64,000 bases of DNA from a bacterium (GCA_965219955.1 OZ244799.1:1696001-1760000), one strand, 5' to 3'. Counted from the stretch's first letter, positions 14,712 through 25,704 are shown. The notes: generated by a model from the sequence alone, not told the origin. A program made the numbers and translations.

Positions 14712-16514
14712 TTACTCCTTGCCCACATCCAAAACAGCCATAAATGCTTCTTGAGGCACTTCAACGGTACCGATATTCTTCATGCGTTTCTTCCCTTCTC
14801 GCTGCTTTTCCAGCAACTTGCGTTTTCGCGTGATATCACCACCATAGCACTTCGCGGTCACATCTTTTCTCAACGCACGAATCGTCTCCCGCGCAATCAC
14901 CCGGTTCCCAACCGCGGCTTGTATGATGACCTCAAACATTTGCCTCGGGATGATTTCTTTCATTTTTTGCACCAGCGCCCGGCCATGATAGTAAGCTTTC
15001 TCCTTGTGAATGATCGTCGAAAATGGATCTATCGGCTGTCCGTTAAGCAGGACATCAAGTTTGACCACATCCGCCGAGCGGTAATCCAGGTGCTCATAGT
15101 CAAAACTCGCGTATCCGCGAGAAACAGATTTTAACTTGTCGTAAAAATCGAAAAGAATTTCACTAAACGGTAGTTCGTAGACGATTTGCACAGTCGCCGT
15201 GTCGATATATTCCATAGAGCGCTGTATGCCCCGCTTCTCCTGTGCCAATTTGAGCACGGCGCCCACATATTCCGAGGGCACAAGAATAGTGCCCAAAATG
15301 AAAGGCTCCTCTATCGATTCAATCCTTGACAGTTCGGGCAACTTAGCTGGACTATCAATTTCCTCCACCGTAGCGTCACTGAGCAGAACGCGAAAGATCA
15401 CCGTCGGAGCTGTTATGATGAGTGTCAGATCGTATTCGCGCTCCAGCCTCTCGCGAATAATTTCCATGTGAAGAAGGCCCAAAAATCCACATCTGAAACC
15501 AAACCCCAAAGCTACCGACGTCTCGGGAGCATAGGTAAAGGCCGAATCGTTCAGTCTGAGTTTTTCGAGCGCCGTTCTTAAGTCTTCATACTCCGCGCTA
15601 TCCGCCGCATATAAACCGCTAAATACCATCGCTTTCGGCTCCTGAAAGCCTTGGATGGCCTCACGCGCAGGGTTTTTGGCAAGCGTAATGGTGTCACCTA
15701 CCCGTGTATCGCTCACCTCGCGTATCGAAGCAGACAAAATTCCCACTTCGCCCGGCCCAAGTTCTTTCATTTTTACTTCATGAGGCGTAAATGTACTTAA
15801 ACTCAGAACTTGATATTCCTTGCCAGTAGACATAAAACGTACGATATCGCCCTTGCGAATTGTCCCCTCGAACATCCGGAAGAGTGGAATGGCGCCTTGG
15901 TAGGAATCATACCAAGAATCTATCACGAGTCCTTGAACCGAACCTTGCATCTCCCCGCTTGGAGGCGGCACTCGCTCAACGATTGCTTCAAGTAGTGAAT
16001 CCACACCTTCGCCTTGTTTCGCGCTCACCAGAAGGCATTCATCCCGGTCAATTCCGATGACGTCTTCCATTTGCTTCACCACGCGTTCAGGATCCGCCGC
16101 CGGCAGATCGATTTTGTTGACCACCGGGATAATGGCTAAATCCTGCTCTAAAGCAAGGTATGCATTCGCCACCGTTTGGGCCTGGATACCCTGGGTGGCG
16201 TCGACCAGCAGCAAAGCACCCTCGCAGGCCTGAAGGCTCCTGGAAACTTCATAACTGAAATCCACATGACCGGGCGTATCTATGAGGTTAAAGACATATT
16301 CTTCGCCCCTATCCGATCTGTAGAAGATCCGCACCGTCGCCGCCTTGATCGTGATGCCTCGCTCCTGTTCCAAGTCCATGGAATCCAAAACCTGAGAAGA
16401 CATTTCACGCTTTGAAAGCGCCCCGGTCATTTCCAGAATGCGATCCGCCAGGGTGGATTTTCCGTGGTCTATATGAGCGATAATTGAAAAATTCCTGATT
16501 CGATCGATGTTCAC
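14712..16514 (-). CDS. lepA: Elongation factor 4
   Basis: [17 protein letters not shown] and [17 protein letters not shown] motifs. Confidence 0.97.
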   Translation of the reverse strand: MNIDRIRNFSIIAHIDHGKSTLADRILEMTGALSKREMSSQVLDSMDLEQERGITIKAATVRIFYRSDRGEEYVFNLIDTPGHVDFSYEVSRSLQACEGALLLVDATQGIQAQTVANAYLALEQDLAIIPVVNKIDLPAADPERVVKQMEDVIGIDRDECLLVSAKQGEGVDSLLEAIVERVPPPSGEMQGSVQGLVIDSWYDSYQGAIPLFRMFEGTIRKGDIVRFMSTGKEYQVLSLSTFTPHEVKMKELGPGEVGILSASIREVSDTRVGDTITLAKNPAREAIQGFQEPKAMVFSGLYAADSAEYEDLRTALEKLRLNDSAFTYAPETSVALGFGFRCGFLGLLHMEIIRERLEREYDLTLIITAPTVIFRVLLSDATVEEIDSPAKLPELSRIESIEEPFILGTILVPSEYVGAVLKLAQEKRGIQRSMEYIDTATVQIVYELPFSEILFDFYDKLKSVSRGYASFDYEHLDYRSADVVKLDVLLNGQPIDPFSTIIHKEKAYYHGRALVQKMKEIIPRQMFEVIIQAAVGNRVIARETIRALRKDVTAKCYGGDITRKRKLLEKQREGKKRMKNIGTVEVPQEAFMAVLDVGKE

Positions 16515-16795
16515 GGCCGGAAGAAATCTCTCTGGGAAGGCGAATGGCGCGAATGCCGAAATTGCGTGAGCCTGCTTGAAATTTTATTTCCGCTCTTCGA
16601 TTTCTGGTTACCTGCAAATACAGCAGTAGATAAACCTACTATTTTCACAGGTGATCAGGCGAACACGCTATATCAAACTTGTCCAACCTTGGTCAAATTG
16701 TTTGCCCCCGGATATACACGATGTTAGCATATGCAAAGTGCAGTGTTTCAGTCATTTATGCGTAATCCGCACCCACGATTAGGGCACACTTAACC

Positions 16796-18205
16796 ATGCG
16801 TTGCCGTAGCCTGCATGTTTTAACCCACCTCTCCATATTATGGTTGTTCTGCTTATTTTGCGCCTCGCCAGCATCGGCGGAGCCGCATCTATTTGGTAGT
16901 CGTCTCATTATCGATGCGGCCAAAAAGTTACAACCTTCAGTTGTACATATTCGTGTAAAACCAAAAGGAATGGAAGGCAATCCGTTACTCAACCTTTTCG
17001 GGAGAGGCCGTCAAAAAGACAACCCTCCAAAATTTGATCAGGGCGATGCGCCCTTTAGCGGGCACTATAACGTGGGATCTGGAATCATTGTCTCACAAGA
17101 AGGTCATATCTTAACGAATCACCACGTTATCAAGAATGCGCAAGAAATTATGGTCAAACTCCATGAAGGGGAGGAATTCTCAGCCCGTTTACTTGGTGTG
17201 GACGATAAAACAGATCTTGCCCTGCTGAAAATAAAACCGACTCAAAAACTCCAGGAAGCATCTCTCGGAGATTCCGATAAAATAGAAGTCGGGCAGTGGG
17301 TTATAGCAATAGGTAGTCCATTCGGTTTGGCGAATTCCCTATCCGTGGGAATAGTCAGCGCAAAGGGTAGGGACTTGAAAGAAGGTCCTTTTGATGAATA
17401 CCTCCAAACCGACGCATCAATTAACCCTGGCAACTCCGGTGGCCCACTTGCAAATACGGAAGGCGTCGTAATCGGCGTCAACACAGCGATATTTTCCAGC
17501 GGATCGCGCGCCTGGAGTCTGGGCATCGGATTCGCTATCCCGATCAACCAGGCCAAAGCCGTTATCGATTCCCTTCGCCACAAAGGCTATCCGGTGCGGG
17601 GTCGTCTGGGTGCGGCCATATCCGCAGTCCCCCGGCAAGAGGGAAAGAATCTGGGCTTAGCCCGCTTCGAGGGCGCCAAGCTCACGCAAGTTACTCGCGG
17701 CGGCCCTGCAGATCGTGCCGGCTTGCGTAGGGGAGATGTCGTGGTTGAATTCGACGGCAAATCTGTAAGCACATGGCAGAGCCTTCCCCGCATAGTAGCT
17801 CGCACGAAACCAAATTCCCTTGTGTTGGTAAAATATTATCGCGAAAAGCGCCTCGAAAGTGTCTATATCCGCATAGGAAGTCGGCCTGAAGCGCCCCATT
17901 CTCGAAAGGTGACCAACCATAAGTACATGGGAATGAAGGTAGAAATGCTTACCCCACATCTCGCCCAGCGTTTCGGATTGACATATGAGGAGAATAAATT
18001 GGTGGTCTCCTCGATTCTCAGAGGCGGCATTGCTGAGCTTAGCGGAATCAGGCCCGGCGATGAAATCGAGGAGGTTAACCATAAACCTGTAAAAACTATA
18101 GAGGAATTTCAGTTGCTTGTTGACAAATCACGCCTCGAGGGCTCCGTGCTCCTCCTTTTGAAGAGAAAAGAAACAAACCTATTCGCTGCTCTTCAAATCA
18201 AGTAA
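16796..18205 (+). CDS. DegP/DegQ (Do) family serine endoprotease with two PDZ domains
   Basis: Signal peptide, TNHHV, DLALL and INPGNSGGPL motifs, two PDZ-like repeats. Confidence 0.92.
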   Translation: MRCRSLHVLTHLSILWLFCLFCASPASAEPHLFGSRLIIDAAKKLQPSVVHIRVKPKGMEGNPLLNLFGRGRQKDNPPKFDQGDAPFSGHYNVGSGIIVSQEGHILTNHHVIKNAQEIMVKLHEGEEFSARLLGVDDKTDLALLKIKPTQKLQEASLGDSDKIEVGQWVIAIGSPFGLANSLSVGIVSAKGRDLKEGPFDEYLQTDASINPGNSGGPLANTEGVVIGVNTAIFSSGSRAWSLGIGFAIPINQAKAVIDSLRHKGYPVRGRLGAAISAVPRQEGKNLGLARFEGAKLTQVTRGGPADRAGLRRGDVVVEFDGKSVSTWQSLPRIVARTKPNSLVLVKYYREKRLESVYIRIGSRPEAPHSRKVTNHKYMGMKVEMLTPHLAQRFGLTYEENKLVVSSILRGGIAELSGIRPGDEIEEVNHKPVKTIEEFQLLVDKSRLEGSVLLLLKRKETNLFAALQIK

Positions 18206-18299
18206 CACCTGCACTCAAACCAAAATGATGCAAAAGTCTTTATAGCGAATTTCCTTTGCTTTTAGGTCTAGCTCTCGAAATTCGATTGAAACGTGAATT

Positions 18300-19442
18300 T
18301 CATGAACCCAACCATCGCTCATGTTGTTGGAGCGCGTAGCGGTCCGTCATTCCTGCAACATAATCACAAACCATTCGATGCCTCCCTTCCACTCTCTCGA
18401 GTCTACGTACATGCTCCGGAATCTTATGGGGTTCGACGATGTACAACTGAAACAATCCATTCAATGTTTTTCGAGCGCTTTGTTCTAATTTCATGACGCG
18501 CTCGTTTTTATACATCCGCGTCATCAAAAACCGTTTGAGTTCGATGTTTTTCTCATTCATCTCCTCGCCGAAAACAACCACATCATGCCCATTCTCTCTG
18601 ACATCCGAAATATCTTGCATATTCCGAGTCTTAATTCGCTCGCATGTGGATGTGATGATATCTTGTACTTGTGAGTTGATAATCCTGCGAATGGTGTCGT
18701 GCTTACTCTCCCGCCAGGAAGAATTAGGAAACGATTTTTTTGAGCTTTCGTAGTGTTCGCGCCAAAGGCGCGTATCCTGCAAATCTTCCGGTTCAAACAG
18801 CCGGGACGAAAGGCCATCATCCAAATCATGATTGTTATATGCAATCTCATCGGCCACATCGACCACTTGTGCCTCAAGGCTGGGAGAGATTGTATTCGTC
18901 AGACCCGGAGGCATCGGTCCTTCGTAGCGGTGAAGATATTTTATGATTCCCTCACGCGTTTCCCATGTCAGGTTCAAACCCGGGAACGATGGGTAACGCT
19001 TTTCCAAAGCTTCGACGATTCTGAGGGCTTGTAAATTATGTTCAAACCCGCCGTGCTCTTTCATCAGTTCATCTAAAACTTTCTCTCCGGCATGCCCGAA
19101 TGGCGGGTGGCCTAAATCGTGCGCAAGGGCAACAGCCTCGGCAAGTTCTTCATTCAAGCCCAGCGCACGCGCGATTGATCGAGCGATTTGGCTCACTTCT
19201 ATGGTGTGCGTCAAACGTGTTCGATAATGATCCCCCTCATGATTCACAAAGACCTGTGTTTTGTATTCAAGTCTCCTGAACGCTTGCGTATGGATGATTC
19301 TGTCACGATCACGCTGAAAGGCTGTCCTCATGTCATGTTCAGGCTCCGGGTGTAGCCTCCCGAGACTATCGGCGCTATGCGCAGCATAAGGGGCCAGCAG
19401 GTGTTTTTCCCGCTCCTCGATGGAAACTCGAGTGTTGTTCAT
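18300..19442 (-). CDS. dgt: Deoxyguanosinetriphosphate triphosphohydrolase-like HD protein
   Basis: FQRDRDRI, RTRLTH, HDLGHPPFGHAGE and DYVAGMTDRYA motifs. Confidence 0.92.
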   Translation of the reverse strand: MNNTRVSIEEREKHLLAPYAAHSADSLGRLHPEPEHDMRTAFQRDRDRIIHTQAFRRLEYKTQVFVNHEGDHYRTRLTHTIEVSQIARSIARALGLNEELAEAVALAHDLGHPPFGHAGEKVLDELMKEHGGFEHNLQALRIVEALEKRYPSFPGLNLTWETREGIIKYLHRYEGPMPPGLTNTISPSLEAQVVDVADEIAYNNHDLDDGLSSRLFEPEDLQDTRLWREHYESSKKSFPNSSWRESKHDTIRRIINSQVQDIITSTCERIKTRNMQDISDVRENGHDVVVFGEEMNEKNIELKRFLMTRMYKNERVMKLEQSARKTLNGLFQLYIVEPHKIPEHVRRLERVEGRHRMVCDYVAGMTDRYALQQHERWLGS

Positions 19443-19463
19443 AAACGTACCTAACTCTCAAAA

Positions 19464-20399
19464 TCAGTCTGTATCACCAGCGGGCGGAATACCCGCGCGC
19501 CATGCGGCAAATAAATAAGTCGTTGCAAGAGAAGCCCATGGATGCCACCTGTCAGCTTGCATGCGTGCCGTCTTTTCGTCCACACGCTCTTCTCCAAAGC
19601 AGAAACGCGCCACGACCTTCTGGACTCCCAAATCACCACCAGGGAATACCTCTACGCGGCCAAGCGCCCGAAACAACATTTGCTCCGCTGTCCAGCGACC
19701 CACGCCTCGTATCTCGGTCAAGCGAGCTACCGCTTCATCTATCGTGAGAATACGCAGCTCATTCTCATCCAAGCGGTCCTCCAGAGCAGCACGCGCCACG
19801 TCAATCACATATTCGGCTTTTCGTTCCGAGAATTGCATAGAGCGAAAAGTGGACACCCGAGCTCGGGCCAAACGCTCCGGACGCGGAAATGCGTAATGCG
19901 TCTTCCCGTCGACTCGTAATTTTCTTCCCCATCGCTTCACCATACGCCCCCGTATGGCGCCGGCGAACGTTAAATTCACCTGTTGCGCCGTTATCGCCGT
20001 AACCAGGGCTTCGAACACGCTCAGGTATCGTATGGGCTTGAGCCCCCTGAATTTTTTCACAACCGGAGCCAAATTCGCATCCTCTTCCGCCATTTTGTAA
20101 AACGCTCTCAAATCAAGATCAAACGCAAAAATATGCTCGATTGCTTCTAAACCTGCCTTTTGGGCCGATTTCGTCATCCGCCCTTCCGTGGTCATTCGAA
20201 GTCGAATCGAGTTCCGGCCTTCGACTTCTTTTTCGGCTTCCAACAAAACCAAATCGCCTTTCTCATCTTCTACTAGCCTGCGGTACACCCCATCCATGTA
20301 GGAATTGACGAACTCCTCTCTGGAAACACGGAACCGCAACAAGCTCTCGTGAAACAAGAAAGGTTCAGGGGGATGTAGAATTTTGGTTACAGACCCCAT
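19464..20399 (-). CDS. alkA: DNA-3-methyladenine glycosylase II (AlkA family)
   Basis: ITAQQV, the HhH motif RGVGRWTA and FPGGDLG. Confidence 0.85.
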   Translation of the reverse strand: MGSVTKILHPPEPFLFHESLLRFRVSREEFVNSYMDGVYRRLVEDEKGDLVLLEAEKEVEGRNSIRLRMTTEGRMTKSAQKAGLEAIEHIFAFDLDLRAFYKMAEEDANLAPVVKKFRGLKPIRYLSVFEALVTAITAQQVNLTFAGAIRGRMVKRWGRKLRVDGKTHYAFPRPERLARARVSTFRSMQFSERKAEYVIDVARAALEDRLDENELRILTIDEAVARLTEIRGVGRWTAEQMLFRALGRVEVFPGGDLGVQKVVARFCFGEERVDEKTARMQADRWHPWASLATTYLFAAWRAGIPPAGDTD

Positions 20400-20400
20400 G

Positions 20401-21174
20401 CTATTCCACCATCCGTCTGCTCACCAAAACACAGGCGACAGTCAAGAATAAGAATGTAAAACCGAGCAGTAGCGAAAAGTGCCAAATAAAATTCTCAACG
20501 TGTCCATAAATAAACAAGCCGCGCGAAATTCGCACCGCATGCGTGAGCGGGAGAGCCTCGGACAACCGTTCCACCCAAATCGGAAGACCCTTGATGGGAA
20601 ACAATGTGCCGGCGAAGAAAAACATCGGCATGACGATGGCGGAGAAATAAAAGTTGAAAAACGAAAAACTATGAGCCAACGATGTCGCAATGAGTCCCAA
20701 GGCTGCGAACATCACCGCCTCGATAAACAGAATCGGGAGAATCGCCACCGCCCACCATGAACCCACCAGACCGAACAAACTTAAAACTACCAACATCAAT
20801 GTCGAACCAATCAACGCACGGCTGGCGCACCAGAGAAGATCGCCCAATACGATATCGCCTACCGTAAGCGGAGCCATCAGCATGGACTCATAGATATTTT
20901 GAATTCTCATCCTCGAATAAGCCCCGTACGTGGATTCATACGTGGCATTCCACATCGCGACGGAAACCATCAACCCGGGGCCTATGAACTGCGCATATGA
21001 AATACCGTCCAAACTCGGCACCAACCGGCCGAGCCCATAACCAAACGCCACCAGCCACAGAATGTGCTCGCCCAGGTTGCCGGCCCATTCCGCCAAGTAG
21101 AAAGAGCGGTAGTACACCAGATGACGAACCCAGACGCGAAAGGCGCGATGGCTCGGAGCCTGGGGGAAAAGCAT
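20401..21174 (-). CDS. ABC-2 type exporter permease (NodJ-like)
   Basis: About 6 TM segments and PMFFFAGTLFP; coupled to the ATPase gene. Confidence 0.85.
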   Translation of the reverse strand: MLFPQAPSHRAFRVWVRHLVYYRSFYLAEWAGNLGEHILWLVAFGYGLGRLVPSLDGISYAQFIGPGLMVSVAMWNATYESTYGAYSRMRIQNIYESMLMAPLTVGDIVLGDLLWCASRALIGSTLMLVVLSLFGLVGSWWAVAILPILFIEAVMFAALGLIATSLAHSFSFFNFYFSAIVMPMFFFAGTLFPIKGLPIWVERLSEALPLTHAVRISRGLFIYGHVENFIWHFSLLLGFTFLFLTVACVLVSRRMVE

Positions 21175-22103
21175 TAATCCCGAAGCTCCCTGCCCGTGAG
21201 TTTCAGAAACAAATCCTCCAGGGTGGCGGGTCTTCTCAAAAAATCCTTCCGGCCGCGAGAAATCAAATGCTCCATGACTCCCGTCCCATTGCGGCTATAC
21301 AGATACAATATATCGGCAACGACCTCAGTGGTTACGGAAAGACCCTGCAACGAGTCCAGAAACTCTGCCGAAGCACCACCTTTCAATTCGTAGACTTCAT
21401 CGCCCACTTTTTCATGAACCAGGGTTTGCGGCGGCCCCTCGACAAGAAATTTCCCCCCGTCCATGATGCCGATGCGGTCGCACATCTGCGCCGCCTCCTC
21501 CATGTAATGCGTGGTGAGGAGGATGGTCAGACCCTGCGCCTTGAGCTCGCGGAGCCTGTGCCAGACAAGGTGTCTCGCCTGCGGATCGAGGCCGGTGGTG
21601 GGCTCGTCCAGAATCAGGAATTTCGGCTCATGAATCAGCGCGCGCGCGATGTGGAGACGCCGCTTCATGCCGCCGGAGAGGGTCTTGATTTGTGAATCCC
21701 ATTTTTCGCGAAGCTGCATGAAATCGAGCAGATACTCGATGCGGGACAATGACGCTTGCTTGGAAATACTGAAAAATCCGGCATAGACCCAAAGGTTTTC
21801 ATATACGGTCAGATCACGATCCAGCGTATCTTCTTGCGACACGATGCCCATCTGGGCGCGGATGAGCCGACTCTGGGTTGCCACATCCCTGCCCAACACC
21901 CTCAGAGAGCCTGAGTCAGGCTCAACGGCTCCATGCAGCATTTTGATTGTTGTGGTTTTACCGGCTCCGTTCGGACCCAGAATCCCGAAACATTCTCCGG
22001 TTTCAACCTGCAGCGAGACGCCATCGACGGCTTTGAGGGTTCCGAAGGATTTCTCGATGCCCCGGGCGTCTATCACGAATCCAGGCAACGAACACTCCAC
22101 CAA
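21174..22103 (-). CDS. ABC exporter ATP-binding protein (NodI-like)
   Basis: GPNGAGKTT, LSGGMKRR and LDEPTTGLD motifs. Confidence 0.9.
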   Translation of the reverse strand: MVECSLPGFVIDARGIEKSFGTLKAVDGVSLQVETGECFGILGPNGAGKTTTIKMLHGAVEPDSGSLRVLGRDVATQSRLIRAQMGIVSQEDTLDRDLTVYENLWVYAGFFSISKQASLSRIEYLLDFMQLREKWDSQIKTLSGGMKRRLHIARALIHEPKFLILDEPTTGLDPQARHLVWHRLRELKAQGLTILLTTHYMEEAAQMCDRIGIMDGGKFLVEGPPQTLVHEKVGDEVYELKGGASAEFLDSLQGLSVTTEVVADILYLYSRNGTGVMEHLISRGRKDFLRRPATLEDLFLKLTGRELRD

Positions 22104-22114
22104 CGTGGACGGTT

Positions 22115-23365
22115 CTACAAACCGCGAAGGCGCTCGGCCTCCGCGATTCGTTCAATGGCAAGAATGAAGGCCGCCGTACGAAAAGACACTTGTTTCTCCT
22201 CCGCGAGTTCATACACTTCCGAGGTGGCGCGCGACATGATTTTGCCCAGTTCGCCGTTCACCCGCTCTTCATCCCAGCCGAATTGCTGGATATTCTGAAC
22301 CCATTCAAAATACGAGACCGTCACGCCGCCGGAACTCGCCAACACGTCCGGGATCAGCATGACGTTCCCGCCATCGACCAGAATGTTTTCTCCCTCTTCT
22401 GTTACGGGGGCATTGGCCGCTTCGAGAATAACCCGGGCTTTCACGTTTGCCGCGTTGCGGGCATGAATAACGCCGCCCAGAGCCGCCGGAAGCAAGATGT
22501 CCACATCGAGCGCCAGAAGCTCTTCATTGGTGATCTGCTCGACTCCCCCAAGACCTTCGAGTGTACCTGCTTCCTTTCGGTGTGCTGCGGCAGCTTCGAT
22601 GTCGATGCCGTCGCCATTGAAATAAGCGCCCCTGCTGCCCGAAATCGCCACCACCTTTACTCCAAGCTCCTTGATGAATCTGGCGGCGAAAGAGCCGACG
22701 TTCCCGAAACCTTGGATCGCCGCCGTCATGACCGCCGGGTCCCAACCCTCCTTTTTCGCAATCTCCTCAAACACCATCACGGCGCCCCGCCCCGTGGCGG
22801 CCTCCCTCCCCGGAGAACCGCCCATGGCCAAGGGTTTGCCGGTGACGCAAGCCGGCGCATACCCGTGCCGACTGCTGTATTCATCGAAAATCCACGCCAT
22901 CACCTGCGCATTCGTGTTCACGTCGGGGGCGGGAACATCGCGGTACGGCCCCAGAATGTGGCCGATGCGCGCGATGAATTTTCTGGTCAGCCGCTCCAGT
23001 TCATACACGCTGAGCTCTTTCACGTTGACGGTGATGCCTCCTTTTCCACCGCCGAAGGGGATGTTGACCAGAGCCGTCTTCCAGGCCATCAGGGCCGAGA
23101 GCCCGCGCACCTCGTCCATGTCCACTTCGTGGTGGTAGCGGATTCCGCCCTTGAAAGGCCCCCGGGAGCCGTTGAACTGGACGCGGTAGCCCTCCCAGAC
23201 GCCCAGGGAGCCGTCGTCCCTGCGGATGGGGAGCTCGACTCTCACCTCACGAAATGGAGTCTTGAGGAGAAGCTGCGTTTCATCGTCCAAACCGATGAGT
23301 CCAGCTGCCCGGTCGAACTGCGCGCTTGCGGTTTCGAATACGCTGACTCGCTCGTCTTGGGACAT
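22115..23365 (-). CDS. gdhA: Glu/Leu/Phe/Val dehydrogenase (probable glutamate dehydrogenase)
   Basis: GPFKGGIRY, GGGKGG, PAPDVNT, QGFGNVG and SYFEWVQN motifs. Confidence 0.9.
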   Translation of the reverse strand: MSQDERVSVFETASAQFDRAAGLIGLDDETQLLLKTPFREVRVELPIRRDDGSLGVWEGYRVQFNGSRGPFKGGIRYHHEVDMDEVRGLSALMAWKTALVNIPFGGGKGGITVNVKELSVYELERLTRKFIARIGHILGPYRDVPAPDVNTNAQVMAWIFDEYSSRHGYAPACVTGKPLAMGGSPGREAATGRGAVMVFEEIAKKEGWDPAVMTAAIQGFGNVGSFAARFIKELGVKVVAISGSRGAYFNGDGIDIEAAAAHRKEAGTLEGLGGVEQITNEELLALDVDILLPAALGGVIHARNAANVKARVILEAANAPVTEEGENILVDGGNVMLIPDVLASSGGVTVSYFEWVQNIQQFGWDEERVNGELGKIMSRATSEVYELAEEKQVSFRTAAFILAIERIAEAERLRGL

Positions 23366-23445
23366 GATCTTCCCTCCCCTGGAAATTCCCTGAAAGGACG
23401 GAGCGCGAATCAGGCGGCGAGAGAGTATTACTCAGCCTCGAGGGA

Positions 23446-23676
23446 TCAGTGGCACGAACACATGCCTCCGCAGCCGCCCCCGCCGGCCGAGTATCCACTG
23501 GAAACCGGAGCCGCAGCAGCAGCGCCCGAAGTGGATTTGGCGAACAAGGAAAGTTTCTTGTGAACCTTCTTCGAGCCGCATTCAGGGCATTCGACCCGCT
23601 CGGCGGCTTGCGCGGATGAAACGATGGTCTCGAAATCTTTCTCACAGCTTCCGCAAAGGAATTCATACATCGGCAT
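23446..23676 (-). CDS. FmdB family zinc-ribbon protein
   Basis: MPMYEFLCGSC...CPECGS with a Cys-rich tail. Confidence 0.85.
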   Translation of the reverse strand: MPMYEFLCGSCEKDFETIVSSAQAAERVECPECGSKKVHKKLSLFAKSTSGAAAAAPVSSGYSAGGGGCGGMCSCH

Positions 23677-23699
23677 GATTTTTCTGGCCTCCAGATGAG

Positions 23700-24350
23700 T
23701 CAGCGCATTTCATTGGCGCGGCGCCAATCCGCCAAAAATTTCTCCAACCCGATATCCGTCAGAGGATGCTTGAGCAACTGCGCGATCACCCCGAAGGGGA
23801 CCGTCGCGACGTCCGCCCCCATCTTAGCGGCGTCGAGCAGGTGGATCGGCGTGCGAACGCTCGCCACCAGCACCTCGGTGGCGTAGTCGTAGTTCTCGAA
23901 AATCTGAACGATATCGCTCACGATCTGCATGCCAGGGTTCGAGATGTCGTCCAGCCGGCCCACGAAGGGGCTCACGAACGAAGCCCCCGCCTTGGCGGCC
24001 AGCATCGCCTGCGCCGGGCTGAAGATGAGCGTGACGTTCGTGTTGATGTTCTCCTCGCGCATGGCCTTGACGGCGCGCAGGCCCTCGACGCCCACCGGAA
24101 CCTTCACCACGACGTTCTCGTGAATCGCGGCCAGCTCACGGCCTTCTTCGACCATCTCCTTCCACTCCGTGGCGATGACTTCCGCGCTCACCGGCCCGTC
24201 GACCACCCCGCATATCTCCTTGATCCTCGTGTGGTGGTCCGCGCCCTCTTTCGCGATGAGCGATGGGTTCGTCGTCACGCCGTCCAGGATGCCGGTGGAC
24301 GCCGCCTCGGTGATCTCCTCCAGGTTCGCCGTATCGATGAATATCTTCAT
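23700..24350 (-). CDS. tal: Transaldolase / fructose-6-phosphate aldolase (FSA-type)
   Basis: [16 protein letters not shown] and SPFVGRLDD motifs. Confidence 0.92.
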   Translation of the reverse strand: MKIFIDTANLEEITEAASTGILDGVTTNPSLIAKEGADHHTRIKEICGVVDGPVSAEVIATEWKEMVEEGRELAAIHENVVVKVPVGVEGLRAVKAMREENINTNVTLIFSPAQAMLAAKAGASFVSPFVGRLDDISNPGMQIVSDIVQIFENYDYATEVLVASVRTPIHLLDAAKMGADVATVPFGVIAQLLKHPLTDIGLEKFLADWRRANEMR

Positions 24351-25108
24351 GGTATCTCCCGCCGGACGTGTTCATTCCCCCCGCGGGGCCGCGCCCCGCA
24401 TCTGAGAAGATGACGCGGCTGCGCCCAAATGTCAATATGACGGGGGTGCGGATTGTAGAGGGAAATGCGGGGGAATGCGCCGGGTTGCGCTCAACTTATC
24501 CGATCTGCGGGCTGATGCGGGGTTGCGAAAAAACTTTTTTATCCGGTACATTTCGAAAAATAATCCATCATCTGCTTTATATTATTCATATAACTAGTTG
24601 AATAAATACGAAATATCTCTTTTTATCCGGTTCGATAAATTTCCGTTAATTTATCTGTATTTATCCAATTTTATCGTATTGTTCGGGAATTCCCGGTTCA
24701 CGCCCGCGTGCCCGCCAGGCCTGCTCTCCAGCGCCCGGCCGGAGGCGCCGATGCCCGGAAGGCGCGCGAAACTCTCCCGCCTCCCCGGATGCGCCGGGGT
24801 GAACGGCCCGCATGAAATTCGCTTCGTCATCGTCTCATCCTCCTGAAAGCGCCGCTAGGGATTCACCGGCCCGTCTCCGTGAAGAGGCCGGGACGCTTCG
24901 CCACCCTACCAAACCCCCGCCGCACGCAAGAACGGCAATTGCGGGCAAATGCGCTTTCCCCTTTATGTGAAAATTTCCTGGGGATAAAAGATAAAAAACC
25001 GCCGAACCAAGATGATAAGCCGACGAATCGCGATAAATTCCCGAACAAAAACCGGGGCGACCAGGGAGACGCGCCGCAGGGATGCCGATCTTCCCTGGGG
25101 AAGGGGAA

Positions 25109-25450
25109 TTGAAAAAGCCCCTCTCATCGGGGGATAAACGCACCCCCCTACCCCTCTTTGTCAGGCGCTGTTGAAAAAGCCCGTATCAAAGAAGCAACCC
25201 TCCTTGTCGGGGGATAAAGGCAACCCCCCCTACCCCCCCTTGTCAGGGGGCAAGAAAGAGCAAAACCCTTCACCACGGCGGCGGGGGGGGGCGCGCCTTT
25301 TTTTACCCCCCTGTCAAGGGGGGGTAGGGGGGGTTGGTTTTCAAGGAGAGAGCCTGCGCCGCCCGGCCTGGGATATTGCTCGTCATTCCGGTGTCGGAGC
25401 CGAACGCAGAGGAAGGGTTCACCGGAATGACGGCTCTCTGCGAACACCGT
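25109..25450. repeat. Cluster of palindromic repeats (GCTGTTGAAAAAG ends, CCCCCCTACCCCCCTT hairpins, GTCATTCCGG...CCGGAATGAC)
   Basis: Same motifs as at 27.6, 33.6, 46.1 and 55.3 kb. Confidence 0.7.
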
Positions 25451-25467
25451 ATAGCTTCCCATCCCGC

Positions 25468-25704
25468 TCAGGGGGTTTTCTTGCCGGCGATGAAAGCATC
25501 GAAATCAAAAGGCGTCGCCCGGCCGGACGCCTCGCCTTCGATGAGCGCATCGCGCAGGGCACTCACCCTGGCTTCGTGCTCTTCGAGCAGGCGCAGCCCG
25601 GCGCGCACCACGTCGCTGGCCGAGTTGTAGCGGCCCGACGCAACGCGCTCTTCGATGAAACCCACGAAATGATCCCCGAGTGAAACCGACGTATTGCGCG
25701 GCAT
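25468..25704 (-). CDS. ParD-family (RHH) antitoxin, orphan
   Basis: NTSVSLGDHF..FI...VASGRYNSASDVVRAGLRLLE; no parE downstream. Confidence 0.88.
   Translation of the reverse strand: MPRNTSVSLGDHFVGFIEERVASGRYNSASDVVRAGLRLLEEHEARVSALRDALIEGEASGRATPFDFDAFIAGKKTP

Noticed and set aside
20401-22103. Nod-factor export (nodIJ)
   Set aside because: Family resemblance only; there are no nod genes, and such ABC-2 exporters are widespread.
24490-24690. Replication origin (oriC)
   Set aside because: AT-rich with TTATCC-like words, but no exact TTATCCACA DnaA box and no dnaA/dnaN/gidA context; kept only as an unexplained motif cluster.
24368-25462. Short ORFs in the intergenic and repeat region
   Set aside because: They translate repeat or AT-rich sequence and have no motifs or credible RBS.
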